From: Candidatus Heimdallarchaeota archaeon | Lineage (GTDB): Archaea; Asgardarchaeota; Heimdallarchaeia; Heimdallarchaeales; Heimdallarchaeaceae | Assembly (NCBI GenBank): GCA_016839945.1 | Contig: JAEOTE010000103.1 | Location: forward strand, 1-25,565 | Direction of reading: 5' to 3' | DNA: 25,565 nucleotides | In this document: positions 1 through 8,777 of the stretch, one piece after another | Layout of the letters: every line of letters starts with the position of its first letter | Position numbering within the stretch: the stretch's first letter is position 1 | Made by a program: the position numbers and the translations under genes | The notes under the pieces: generated by a model | What the model was told of the DNA's origin: nothing | Databases searched by the model: none | The model's input: the letters and a program-made list of their open reading frames with translations, nothing else

Positions 1-678
1 GCTCTCAAACAAAAGAAACTCCCTAAGATAATTTTCTCAAGCTCAATCTCAATTTATGGTCCTCAAACTCCAGATTTTCCTCCAAGAAATGCAGAACATC
101 AAGTTAACCCAATAGATGTGTATACTAGTACAAAAGTAGAAACTGAAAGACTAATAATCAATAGTGGTCTCCTTTGGACAGTTTTTAGGATTAGTGCAGT
201 TCCTTCTTTATCTCTAAAAGAGAATGAAATGGAGTTACTATACAACATGCCTATGGAACAAAAAATCGAATTTATTCATACTTATGATGTTGGTCAAGCT
301 TTAGCTAATGCTGTCAAAGCAGAAACAGAAGGGAGGATTTTGATGATAGGAGGGGGAAAAGGATGTCAATATAATAATAGAACTTTCATATCAAAATACT
401 TGGAAATTCTGGGCATAGGTATGCTTCCTGAAGCAGTTTTTAGAATCCCTAAGAGAGAAAGTGAATGGTATTATACTAACTGGTTAGAAACAGAAGAATC
501 TCAGAAGCTTCTCATGTATCAGAAACACACTTTTGATGATTATCTTCGAGAAATTAAAAAGAAGTTAGTTTTTACTCGAATAATAATTCGTTTATTTCGA
601 TATTTCATTCGAAAGACGTTGATAAAACGTTCTCCTTATTATGAATTTAACGTATATGAGAGGAAACATCAAAGATAA
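1..678 (+). CDS. NAD(P)-dependent epimerase/dehydratase (extended SDR), 5'-truncated by the window edge
   Basis: Frame is open from base 1 (ALKQKKLPKIIFSSSISIYG...), upstream of the track's GTG at 118. It contains the extended-SDR IFSSSxxxYG motif, the catalytic YxxxK (YTSTK) and the FIHTYDV motif. The 3' end overlaps the convergent pgk by 10 bp. Confidence 0.85.
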   Translation, partial: ALKQKKLPKIIFSSSISIYGPQTPDFPPRNAEHQVNPIDVYTSTKVETERLIINSGLLWTVFRISAVPSLSLKENEMELLYNMPMEQKIEFIHTYDVGQALANAVKAETEGRILMIGGGKGCQYNNRTFISKYLEILGIGMLPEAVFRIPKRESEWYYTNWLETEESQKLLMYQKHTFDDYLREIKKKLVFTRIIIRLFRYFIRKTLIKRSPYYEFNVYERKHQR

Positions 679-1916
679 TCTATTGCAGGAAGTAACTCTC
701 CTTTCATTACAGCTAAACTAGCTCCTCCACCTGTAGAAACGAATGAGATATCTTTCTCAAAATCAAATTTTTCAAAAGCTGCAGCTGAGTCTCCTCCTCC
801 TACAAATGTAGTAATGTTATGTTCAACCAAAAACTGTGCAAGTTCCTTTGTTCCTTTCTCAAACTCGTAAATTTCAAACATTCCCATTGGACCTGTCCAA
901 AGAGCTTCCATTGAATCTGCTAAAACTGTAGTAAATTCTTGAATAGTTTTAGGACCAATATCTGCTCCTATCTGACTACTCGTCATTTCCTTACTTGAAA
1001 CAATATCAATAGGTACAATTCGTCTTAAATCCTCTGTTACAACGAAATCTTCAGGGAGGTAAATTTTAGTTCCAACAGAACTAGCTTTCTCAACAAGATC
1101 TTTGACCTTATCTAAAAAAGTTAAATCTTTCACAGACATACCAATTTCATAGCCTTGGGCTAGAAGGTATGTAAATGCTAATCCTCCGCCTATTAAGATA
1201 TTATCAGCTAATCCTATTAGATTCTCTATAGCAGGTAACTTGTCTTCAATTTTTACTCCACCTATAATTGCTGTCATAGGTCTTTCAGGTTCTGCTATTG
1301 TATGAGAAAGAAATTTCAACTCTTTAGCCATAAGAAAACCAATCGCTTTTTCTTCAGCATATTTTGCAACAGCACATGTGCTAGCATGCTCTCTGTGAGC
1401 AGTGGCAAAAGCATCATTGATGTAAACATCTGCATGATTAGCAAGTTGTTGAGCAAATTCATCATCGTTTTGTTTTTCTTCAGGATGAAAACGAGTATTT
1501 TCAAGCAGTAGAATCTGTTGTTGGTTTACTTTATTTGCCATTTCTTTTACCTCTTTACCAACACAATCGTCTGCTTTATAGATTCTATAAAGAGGTAAAT
1601 ATTCTCTTAGCTTTCTTGCAATAGTATCCATTTTCAAGGATTCAACAACTTTACCTTTAGGTCTCCCCCAATGTGAACACAAAATGATTTTACAATTCTC
1701 ATTTAAAAGATAATATATAGTTGGAAGTGTATACCTAATTCTTCTATCATCTGTAATGTTACCGTCTTGATCCATTGGAACATTAAAGTCAACTCTTACT
1801 AGCACTCTTTTATTTCTGACATTGAGATCTGTAATTTCGTTTTTTTCCTTGAATTTCAGAATATTAAACATATCTCTTTGTTCTGCTTCTAGTGGTTTAT
1901 CTTCAGTAATCAGCAT
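669..1916 (-). CDS. pgk: Phosphoglycerate kinase
   Basis: Motifs RVDFNVP, SHWGRP, LLENTRF, NDAFATAHR, IIGGxK, GPMGMFE, VGGGDS, STGGGASL. ATG at 1916 is preferred over GTG at 1925 because GGTG reads as its SD. Confidence 0.97.
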   Translation of the reverse strand: MLITEDKPLEAEQRDMFNILKFKEKNEITDLNVRNKRVLVRVDFNVPMDQDGNITDDRRIRYTLPTIYYLLNENCKIILCSHWGRPKGKVVESLKMDTIARKLREYLPLYRIYKADDCVGKEVKEMANKVNQQQILLLENTRFHPEEKQNDDEFAQQLANHADVYINDAFATAHREHASTCAVAKYAEEKAIGFLMAKELKFLSHTIAEPERPMTAIIGGVKIEDKLPAIENLIGLADNILIGGGLAFTYLLAQGYEIGMSVKDLTFLDKVKDLVEKASSVGTKIYLPEDFVVTEDLRRIVPIDIVSSKEMTSSQIGADIGPKTIQEFTTVLADSMEALWTGPMGMFEIYEFEKGTKELAQFLVEHNITTFVGGGDSAAAFEKFDFEKDISFVSTGGGASLAVMKGELLPAIDYL

Positions 1917-1988
1917 ACTAAACACCAGCTGTATACTGAATACAATAATTCTTTTATTTATATATTTAATTGATTCTTGATAATAGAG

Positions 1989-2447
1989 CTATTCTTCTCT
2001 AATTAAATGCTTGAAACGTATTTGAAACTCTAAAATTGTTTGCTCAACTTCCTCATGGAATTCTTCAGTTTGGAAATATATGGCTTTGTTTAGATATCCT
2101 TTTAGCTCTCCCCAATTTATTATATTGTCTATTAATCTCAGGAATCGTTTAGCACTTGTAGAGCGAACTCTAGGATAAAAACCACCTACAAAAATAAAAT
2201 CTTCTTTTGTTTTAAAATAGTAATTTACTCCTTCCATCTGAATACAATATAACTGCGTTCCTAACTCTTTTGAAAAAGCAATCATAGCAGCGCTGAAGCC
2301 AGAAAACAAAACCTCATCCAAAACCTCACTTACGTAGGATCTATGATAAACTGTTAGACCACTTAAATCTACAATTGTAAAACGTAAAAGCGGTGGTTTT
2401 GTTGGTAAATCAATGTCATCCATATTAAGTTTCTTCTTTGCAGTCAT
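1989..2447 (-). CDS. Longin-like domain protein (Asgard type)
   Basis: Pattern FTIVDLSGLTVYHRSY...DEVLFSGFSAAMIAFSKEL...IQMEGVNYYF...FIFVG matches the beta-beta-alpha-beta-beta-beta-alpha-alpha longin layout, with the LxSGFxxAxxxF helix typical of Asgard longins. Confidence 0.75.
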   Translation of the reverse strand: MTAKKKLNMDDIDLPTKPPLLRFTIVDLSGLTVYHRSYVSEVLDEVLFSGFSAAMIAFSKELGTQLYCIQMEGVNYYFKTKEDFIFVGGFYPRVRSTSAKRFLRLIDNIINWGELKGYLNKAIYFQTEEFHEEVEQTILEFQIRFKHLIREE

Positions 2448-2538
2448 TTTGTACCAGCTTATAGTCTCGAATCAATTATACTAAATTTCACATTAAAAAG
2501 TGTGTCGTAGAAAATATGAAACAAAAAAAGAAAAATAC

Positions 2539-3033
2539 TTATTTTCTGATTTTCTTCCATATAATAGGAAGTAATACAAATGCTAGAATCATTATTGCGA
2601 AATAGTAATTTGTTCTATTAGTTCCTCCTCCAAGTATTGAAGGATTTGTCCCATCATGATCCGTAATATCATAAGGATCTACTACAGTGATCTCATCAAT
2701 AAGTGAACCAGATACACTGCATATCGCTTCTACTTTGATTTTGTCATCTACTACTGCAGTGACAGAAAATGTGTCGAAAAGCGTATCTAGACCTGTTTGG
2801 CTGGTATAAGCTTTTGTTTGATCAAATACATCATTTACCCAGATATTAACTTCTACAAGATAGTGAGTATTAACATCTAAAACTTCATGAACAATTTCGA
2901 CTTCTAAAGTATTTGTACTTAAAACGTATTCTACTAACATCCCTGTTGGAGGATGAGAATTAACATTGTTCATAAAGAAAACTAGGGTTGTAACTACTAA
3001 AAACGCAATAAGAACTGATTTTCTTATTCTCAT
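2539..3033 (-). CDS. Secreted, C-terminally anchored beta-sandwich protein with superoxide-reductase/desulfoferrodoxin-like His/Cys ligands
   Basis: Signal peptide ending VNS|HPP. Candidate ligands are H27, H49, H57 (THY) and C105 (CSVSG). Alternating beta pattern; C-terminal TM followed by WKKIRK. Confidence 0.6.
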   Translation of the reverse strand: MRIRKSVLIAFLVVTTLVFFMNNVNSHPPTGMLVEYVLSTNTLEVEIVHEVLDVNTHYLVEVNIWVNDVFDQTKAYTSQTGLDTLFDTFSVTAVVDDKIKVEAICSVSGSLIDEITVVDPYDITDHDGTNPSILGGGTNRTNYYFAIMILAFVLLPIIWKKIRK

Positions 3034-3062
3034 TTCTTTACACTTCGTGCAATTTTCAGTGA

Positions 3063-3086
3063 AAAAAGCAACACTAATTGCTTTTT
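3063..3086. promoter_or_regulatory. Inverted repeat AAAAAGCAA-N6-TTGCTTTTT in a divergent intergenic region, putative operator
   Basis: Perfect 9-bp arms overlapping a minus-strand TATAAAAA (3089-3082) upstream of the SOR-like gene. Confidence 0.35.
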
Positions 3087-3186
3087 ATATCTAGGTGTGT
3101 TACAAACTCCACACTGTATTGTCATCTAGAAAATGAAAAATCTATGTAATAGTAAAACTCATAATATTTTTTACTCTTCAGCCAGT

Positions 3187-6100
3187 ATGATACTCTTTCC
3201 TCAAGATGAGAAAACCAAACTTGTAAGGAACATGCAACCCAAATTACAAGATTATATAAAGTTAGCAAGATGTTATAACTCTTTCAAAGATTCTGACTCT
3301 TGGCCAGGTGGATTTGGAGGTTCCTTTGTTTTTACTGAAGAATGGGTAGAAGATTACTATAAAGATCTTGATTACGAAACATTCTTTGTAGTCGATAATA
3401 TAGAAGACGAATCAAAAATGATTGGTGTTTGCCTTTGTAATCGAAGCTGGATAGTTCCAGATTCGTGGTATGTAGCAATAGTAGGTGTTGATCCAGAATA
3501 CCAAGGACAAAAATATGGTAAAGCTCTACTACTTAAAGCAACAGAATTTGCCATGGAGAAGAATGCTAGATTTATTGGACTTCACACTTGGGCTGGGAAT
3601 CTAAAAGCTCTTCCATTATACAAGAGACAAGGCTATAAGTGGCGTCCTGGAACATCTGTTTATTGTGTTAACTATATTCCTCAGATTCTTAATTTTCCAT
3701 TGTCAAAAGAATTCTTTGCTAAGAACAACTGGTATGATGTCTTCAAACCAAACATTACTCAAAAAATGGATGATACGTTTGAAGATAAAATGGCTGTTCA
3801 TGAGTATTTCTTTGAAACTGAAGGCAAAGAAACATTAAATATCTGGTTAGATCGATCAGTTGGAAAAATAAGTGGTTTCCACATTAAGTACAAAGAACGT
3901 AACCTTTTAGTCAAGGTTACCACACCAAACTCACAAGCCTTTATTGGAATAGAGGAATTTCCTTTTGAGATAAAACTGAAAAACGATGGACAACAAGAAG
4001 AGTTTATTCAATTTACTATTGATCCAACATCAAATATAAAATTTAATGGTGAAAAAGAAAATTCAATCAAGTTATCTCCTGGAGAAGAAAGAATTCTCTC
4101 TTATACTGGATCATTTATTTCTGGAACTGAAGAATTGGATGTAAAAACTTTCCCACAAGCTTTCAGCAATCATGAAATAAAAATAGAATGTAAAATAGAT
4201 GACAACACATTTCCATTGATCTTAGGAAAAATCCCAAAAAATGCAATTAATGTTAAGACTAATCCAGAAAATTATATAACAAAATCTAATAAAGAAATAA
4301 TATTACCATTAGAAATTCATAATTTTCTAGAGGAGGAAAAGGAGCTTGTTGTTACCCTTGAAGGATCAAAAATTCTATCATTTCATAAAAATGAAATTTC
4401 AACTAAAGTTTCGAAATATGATACTACAATTAAAGTTCCAGTTAATGTGGGTTCAACTAATACTTCTGTTGAGTACTTTATTGTTTCAGTTTCAGATCTT
4501 ACTGGACAAAAAATTATTACTAAAAAAATACCTATAATTATCTTTGAAAAGAATAAAGCCGTCAATTATGAAAATGACCAAAAGATGTATATTGAGAACC
4601 GAGATGTTAGAGTAAGTTACTATAAGAATTTCATGCCTGGAACCAATTCCCTAACTGTTAAGGATAAAAACAGAAACTTAACTAGAATAGGATTCAATAT
4701 GGTTCTTGGTTACCCAATTGATACAGAAGGAAGCGAATTTTTTACTAAGAATGTTGATCATAAAATAGGTCGTACAGAAGATGGTATTTGGCTTTATTCT
4801 AGTGCAGAATCTGAAAAGAAAAAAGGGATTAGATTTACTAGAAAATTCTTTGTTCCTGATGATGATAATCCTTTTGGGGTGCATTTCAAAATTGAAAATC
4901 ATTCAGATGAACTTATTGGTGATCTTGGTGTAAAATGTGAATATTGGTGGTGGCCAGGAGGAGAACGAGTTGAAAAAATGATTTTTCATTTCAAAGACGG
5001 AATAAAATTCTACAATCTTCCAGAACTCCAAATCAAGGATCCTAACAAACCAGAAGAATTTAAAGAAGGCTGGAATGCAATTGTATATCCTGAAGGATGT
5101 GTAGGTTGCCTTTATGATCTTGAAAAACTTGAGAAAATTGAAGGAAATAATATAGAAGAAAAAATTCCTGATTTAAACGCAAAACAAACTTATGAAACTT
5201 CTACTATTTGGTTTTATTTTGCAGACAAGTGGCAACATATACAACAAAAATGGAGAGATATATATCTGAATCTTGCTGAAAGGAAACCTGTTTTAACAAG
5301 GAAACCAGAAGAATTTAAGATTACCAGTTTGTTAAGCAATAAAAATTCAGAATATAATAGTCGAGGAATCATATTACCAAAATCATCTAAGGAACTAATA
5401 ACATCTATTAACCCAAATAAAGCTGCTGAATTTAGAGGAAGTATTAAACTTAGTTTTGAAGAATTAAAAACTGAACCTGAAGAAGCTATAATTGAAAAAA
5501 GTAGACTTGAGAGATTAGATATTAAATTTAATCTAAGCAATCTTGAAAGAAAAATATACTCAGGAAAACTTATTCACAATACATCGTCGATAATCTATGA
5601 ACACCCAATATCTATTGGAACATTTAATCAAACAAAAGAAATACTTGTTGAAAAAATAGAAAAAGATGGACTAACTTTCTATGAAGTTGATAATGGCTTT
5701 CTTAAATTCAAAGGTGACGCATCTTATAGAGGACAAATTTTCTTCCTTTCAGTTGAAAATGAGGATAATTATCTCAAAACATTCTATCCCGAAGTTAAAC
5801 CATTTATCTGGACCAATGAGTTTTTTGGGGGAATAAGTGGCAATATCAGACTTGTTGATTCATGGGATCAGCATAATTATAGTAAGCTAAAGTTTAAAGG
5901 TTTTCAGATTCAAAAAGGTAGTTGGAAAGGAATAGGCTTTAAATCTGAGATTATTGAATATTCACCTCATTTAAAGGGATTACAGGTAACTAATGAGTAT
6001 CTCACTCTTCCTGAATCACCATTTCTACTTTATATTCAGACTGTTGAAAATCATTCTGAAGTAACAAGAACATGTGACATAGGTATAGATGTCGACATTA

Positions 6101-6465
6101 AAACTAGTGAAACACCTGATGATGAGTATTATACAGAGGTTAATGGAAAGATAACAACATTCAAGCTAGATGAGTTTGAATCATATGTATGGCGGCATTG
6201 TGATTATGATGCAAAATGGACTGCTTACAAGAACATTAGAAATAAATATTATCTCGGTGCTGTGATTCAACCTAGTAAACAATTCTTGAGGACTTCAGTA
6301 TATGCACCTAATTACACTTATTCAACTATAGGGATTCAATCCAAACGCGTAACTATTGGACCAAAAGAGAAAAATGAATTCAAAGTTCTATATATCTTAA
6401 CTGATGATATCAAATCCTTTAGTCCTTTTGCTAAATCTAACATAGAGGAATATTTTGGAGAGTAA
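3187..6465 (+). CDS. Large multidomain GNAT-family N-acetyltransferase (about 1090 aa)
   Basis: N-terminal GNAT motif A (VGVDPEYQGQKYGKALL) and LHTWAGNLKALPLYKRQGY, followed by about 900 aa of beta-rich domains. Start could be 3133 or 3187. Confidence 0.85.
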   Translation: MILFPQDEKTKLVRNMQPKLQDYIKLARCYNSFKDSDSWPGGFGGSFVFTEEWVEDYYKDLDYETFFVVDNIEDESKMIGVCLCNRSWIVPDSWYVAIVGVDPEYQGQKYGKALLLKATEFAMEKNARFIGLHTWAGNLKALPLYKRQGYKWRPGTSVYCVNYIPQILNFPLSKEFFAKNNWYDVFKPNITQKMDDTFEDKMAVHEYFFETEGKETLNIWLDRSVGKISGFHIKYKERNLLVKVTTPNSQAFIGIEEFPFEIKLKNDGQQEEFIQFTIDPTSNIKFNGEKENSIKLSPGEERILSYTGSFISGTEELDVKTFPQAFSNHEIKIECKIDDNTFPLILGKIPKNAINVKTNPENYITKSNKEIILPLEIHNFLEEEKELVVTLEGSKILSFHKNEISTKVSKYDTTIKVPVNVGSTNTSVEYFIVSVSDLTGQKIITKKIPIIIFEKNKAVNYENDQKMYIENRDVRVSYYKNFMPGTNSLTVKDKNRNLTRIGFNMVLGYPIDTEGSEFFTKNVDHKIGRTEDGIWLYSSAESEKKKGIRFTRKFFVPDDDNPFGVHFKIENHSDELIGDLGVKCEYWWWPGGERVEKMIFHFKDGIKFYNLPELQIKDPNKPEEFKEGWNAIVYPEGCVGCLYDLEKLEKIEGNNIEEKIPDLNAKQTYETSTIWFYFADKWQHIQQKWRDIYLNLAERKPVLTRKPEEFKITSLLSNKNSEYNSRGIILPKSSKELITSINPNKAAEFRGSIKLSFEELKTEPEEAIIEKSRLERLDIKFNLSNLERKIYSGKLIHNTSSIIYEHPISIGTFNQTKEILVEKIEKDGLTFYEVDNGFLKFKGDASYRGQIFFLSVENEDNYLKTFYPEVKPFIWTNEFFGGISGNIRLVDSWDQHNYSKLKFKGFQIQKGSWKGIGFKSEIIEYSPHLKGLQVTNEYLTLPESPFLLYIQTVENHSEVTRTCDIGIDVDIKTSETPDDEYYTEVNGKITTFKLDEFESYVWRHCDYDAKWTAYKNIRNKYYLGAVIQPSKQFLRTSVYAPNYTYSTIGIQSKRVTIGPKEKNEFKVLYILTDDIKSFSPFAKSNIEEYFGE

Positions 6466-6518
6466 CTCTCCACTTATTTCTAGAAAACACTTTTATTGAT
6501 GCATTATTGTAGAATTTT

Positions 6519-7301
6519 ATGCGAGCTATTGTTGTTTTAACCCATTCTGAATGTAAGAGATTAATTGCTAGAGGACTGTTAAAACATCCAGAAATTGAAG
6601 ATGCATTACAAGATGGTAAAATCTTTGTAGCAAGAGGTTCAACAACCGCTTATGTTTTGGAAGAACTCTTAGGAAAACCTATAAAAAAATCATATTATGT
6701 TGCTGGACAAGTTACAGGAAATAAAGAGGCACTATTTCGATTAGGAAGTCTGAAAGGAGAAAAACGATTGAAAGAAGTAATTGTCGATAAAGGAACTAAG
6801 AAAGAAATAGATGACATAAGAACAGAATTGAAAGAATTTATGCCCGGAGATGTTATGATAAAGGGAGGAAACACTCTAGGAAATGATGGAATAGCAGGAG
6901 TATATCTAGCACACCCAGAAAGTGGTACAATAGGTGCAATGATACCTCATGCTATCGCAAGAGGAATTCCTATAATCGTACCTATAAGTTTGTCAAGAAG
7001 CATTGATGATAGTGTTTGGGAACTATCTCAAGTCTTAGGAAGCAAAACTGTTGAACCTGAGTATTGTATGGGTTTGCCCATTGGTATTATGCCAATTCCT
7101 GGTGAAGTATTTACAGAATTAGAAGCATTTGATGTACTTTATCCTGACATATACGTTTTCCATATCGGATCTGGTGGTGTGGGTGATGGTGAAGGAACTC
7201 TCCATTTCTTACTAGTTGGTGAAGATAAGGAAGTGAAAGAAGCATATGACGATTTGGTTAAACTAGCTAAATCTGAACCAAAATATGTACCTGACACTTA
7301 G
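6519..7301 (+). CDS. Conserved hypothetical protein, probable ISOCOT (RpiA/eIF2B/CoA-transferase-like) fold
   Basis: IFVARGSTTAYVLEEL resembles the RpiA/DeoR GxGST loop. DVMIKGGNTL..DG...GTIG..A.ARGIPIIV resembles the eIF2B/MtnA core. CDS is confident; fold is inferred. Confidence 0.6.
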   Translation: MRAIVVLTHSECKRLIARGLLKHPEIEDALQDGKIFVARGSTTAYVLEELLGKPIKKSYYVAGQVTGNKEALFRLGSLKGEKRLKEVIVDKGTKKEIDDIRTELKEFMPGDVMIKGGNTLGNDGIAGVYLAHPESGTIGAMIPHAIARGIPIIVPISLSRSIDDSVWELSQVLGSKTVEPEYCMGLPIGIMPIPGEVFTELEAFDVLYPDIYVFHIGSGGVGDGEGTLHFLLVGEDKEVKEAYDDLVKLAKSEPKYVPDT

Positions 7302-7331
7302 ATCCTATTAACATATAGGAGTAGGAATAGT

Positions 7332-8615
7332 ATGTATAAAGCTAAAGTATATTGGGAAAGATTGAATCTGATAAGAAAAGAGAAATTTGATTTAATTTTA
7401 CCTGGAGCTATGAGAGATAATGGCATAGATATGTGGATACATGCAATAAGAGAAGGTAATTTTGATCCATTAGCTGTTGACTTGGGAGGAGATATTGGTT
7501 ACTTCATCTTTACAGATAGGGGGCAAGAAAGAATAGAAAGAGCTGTTTTAGGAGGAGATGAAGGAATTCTAGAACAACTTGATGTTTATGATATTCTGGG
7601 TGATGCTAACGATTTAAAGAAATTTGTGGATGAACGTAATCCTAAAAAAATTGCTGTTAACAAATCAGAAAATCTAGCAGTAGCTGACGGTATCTCATAT
7701 ACAGAGTATCTTAAACTAGTTAAGATTCTTGGTGATGATCATAAAGAAAAACTAGTTTCCGCTGAACAAGTAATAACAGATTTTAGGACTAAAAGAGTTA
7801 TGAGTGAAATTGTTGAGTATGGAAAATTATGTCAAACTACTCAAATGCTTATTGAAAGAGCATTATCATATGAAGTAATCAAACCTGGAGCAACTACTTT
7901 GGAAGATATTGGTTGGTGGATGGAAGATCAACTATTATCAATAGGTTTGAAACCTACATTTGAGTTAAATATTCCATATGTTATTCATTCTGCAACTTCA
8001 GAGAAGGAAGAACATAGACTAAAGGAATATGTTATCCAAAAAGGAGATTTAATGCAATATGATTTTGGTATTGATTTCATGAATCTTGGTACTGATATGA
8101 AAAGAATTGTATATGTTTTACGTGATGGAGAAAAAGAAGTTCCTAAAGGAATTCAACATGGATGGGATCAAGCTTTGAAAGCTAGAAAGATAATTCGAAA
8201 GAACATCAAAGTTGGAAGAACAGCTGGTGAAACTCTAACTGCGATTGGTAATGCTCTGGAAGAAGCAGGTTTCAAATATGTCCATTTGGATGTTGATCCA
8301 ATGATTAGCAGATTACCCAGTTTAGAACCTGATGGTGAAGAAAGAACAGGAGTTACAATTGACTGTCATTGTGTTGGAAACACTGGAAATAGTGAAGTAG
8401 CTTCAGGACCTTCTATAGCAGGTTTTCGACAAGATAGAGCTCACCTTTTAATCAAACCAAGAAATATATTCGCATTTGAGTTCATAGCTGTAACTCCTGT
8501 ACCTGATTGGGGTGGGAGAAAAATTCGATTCAACATTGAAGATAATGCAATTGTTACAGAGCTCGGAGTAGAATGGCTTTATCCTCCAAATAAAAAGATA
8601 ATGTTAATTCACTAA
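7332..8615 (+). CDS. M24-family metallopeptidase (Xaa-Pro aminopeptidase-like)
   Basis: Pita-bread metal ligands in order: D (QYDFG), D (GTDMKR), H (CHCVG), E (FAFEF), E (NIEDN). IKPGATT motif. SD-like AGGAG upstream. Confidence 0.9.
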   Translation: MYKAKVYWERLNLIRKEKFDLILPGAMRDNGIDMWIHAIREGNFDPLAVDLGGDIGYFIFTDRGQERIERAVLGGDEGILEQLDVYDILGDANDLKKFVDERNPKKIAVNKSENLAVADGISYTEYLKLVKILGDDHKEKLVSAEQVITDFRTKRVMSEIVEYGKLCQTTQMLIERALSYEVIKPGATTLEDIGWWMEDQLLSIGLKPTFELNIPYVIHSATSEKEEHRLKEYVIQKGDLMQYDFGIDFMNLGTDMKRIVYVLRDGEKEVPKGIQHGWDQALKARKIIRKNIKVGRTAGETLTAIGNALEEAGFKYVHLDVDPMISRLPSLEPDGEERTGVTIDCHCVGNTGNSEVASGPSIAGFRQDRAHLLIKPRNIFAFEFIAVTPVPDWGGRKIRFNIEDNAIVTELGVEWLYPPNKKIMLIH

Positions 8616-8723
8616 GCAAAATAATTTAGTATATAAGTTCAAAATATAAACAAAAAAATACTAAAGAGACCTTTTCTTTTTACTTCATCATGTTATCTTT
8701 TCTCTAAGAGTTGAATGCTAATG

Positions 8724-8750
8724 TTTATATATATTCAGAATTCTGAATAT
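8724..8750 (+). promoter_or_regulatory. TATA box plus perfect 20-bp palindromic operator of the export operon
   Basis: TTTATATA at 8724-8731 runs directly into ATATTCAGAATTCTGAATAT (8731-8750), which ends 27 nt before the ATG at 8778. Confidence 0.7.
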
Positions 8751-8777
8751 TTAGAATAATGAATACGGGTCTCTCAT

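Noticed and set aside
8665-8774. AGAGACC/GGTCTCT long-range inverted pair
   Set aside because: Only 7 bp about 100 nt apart; expected by chance.
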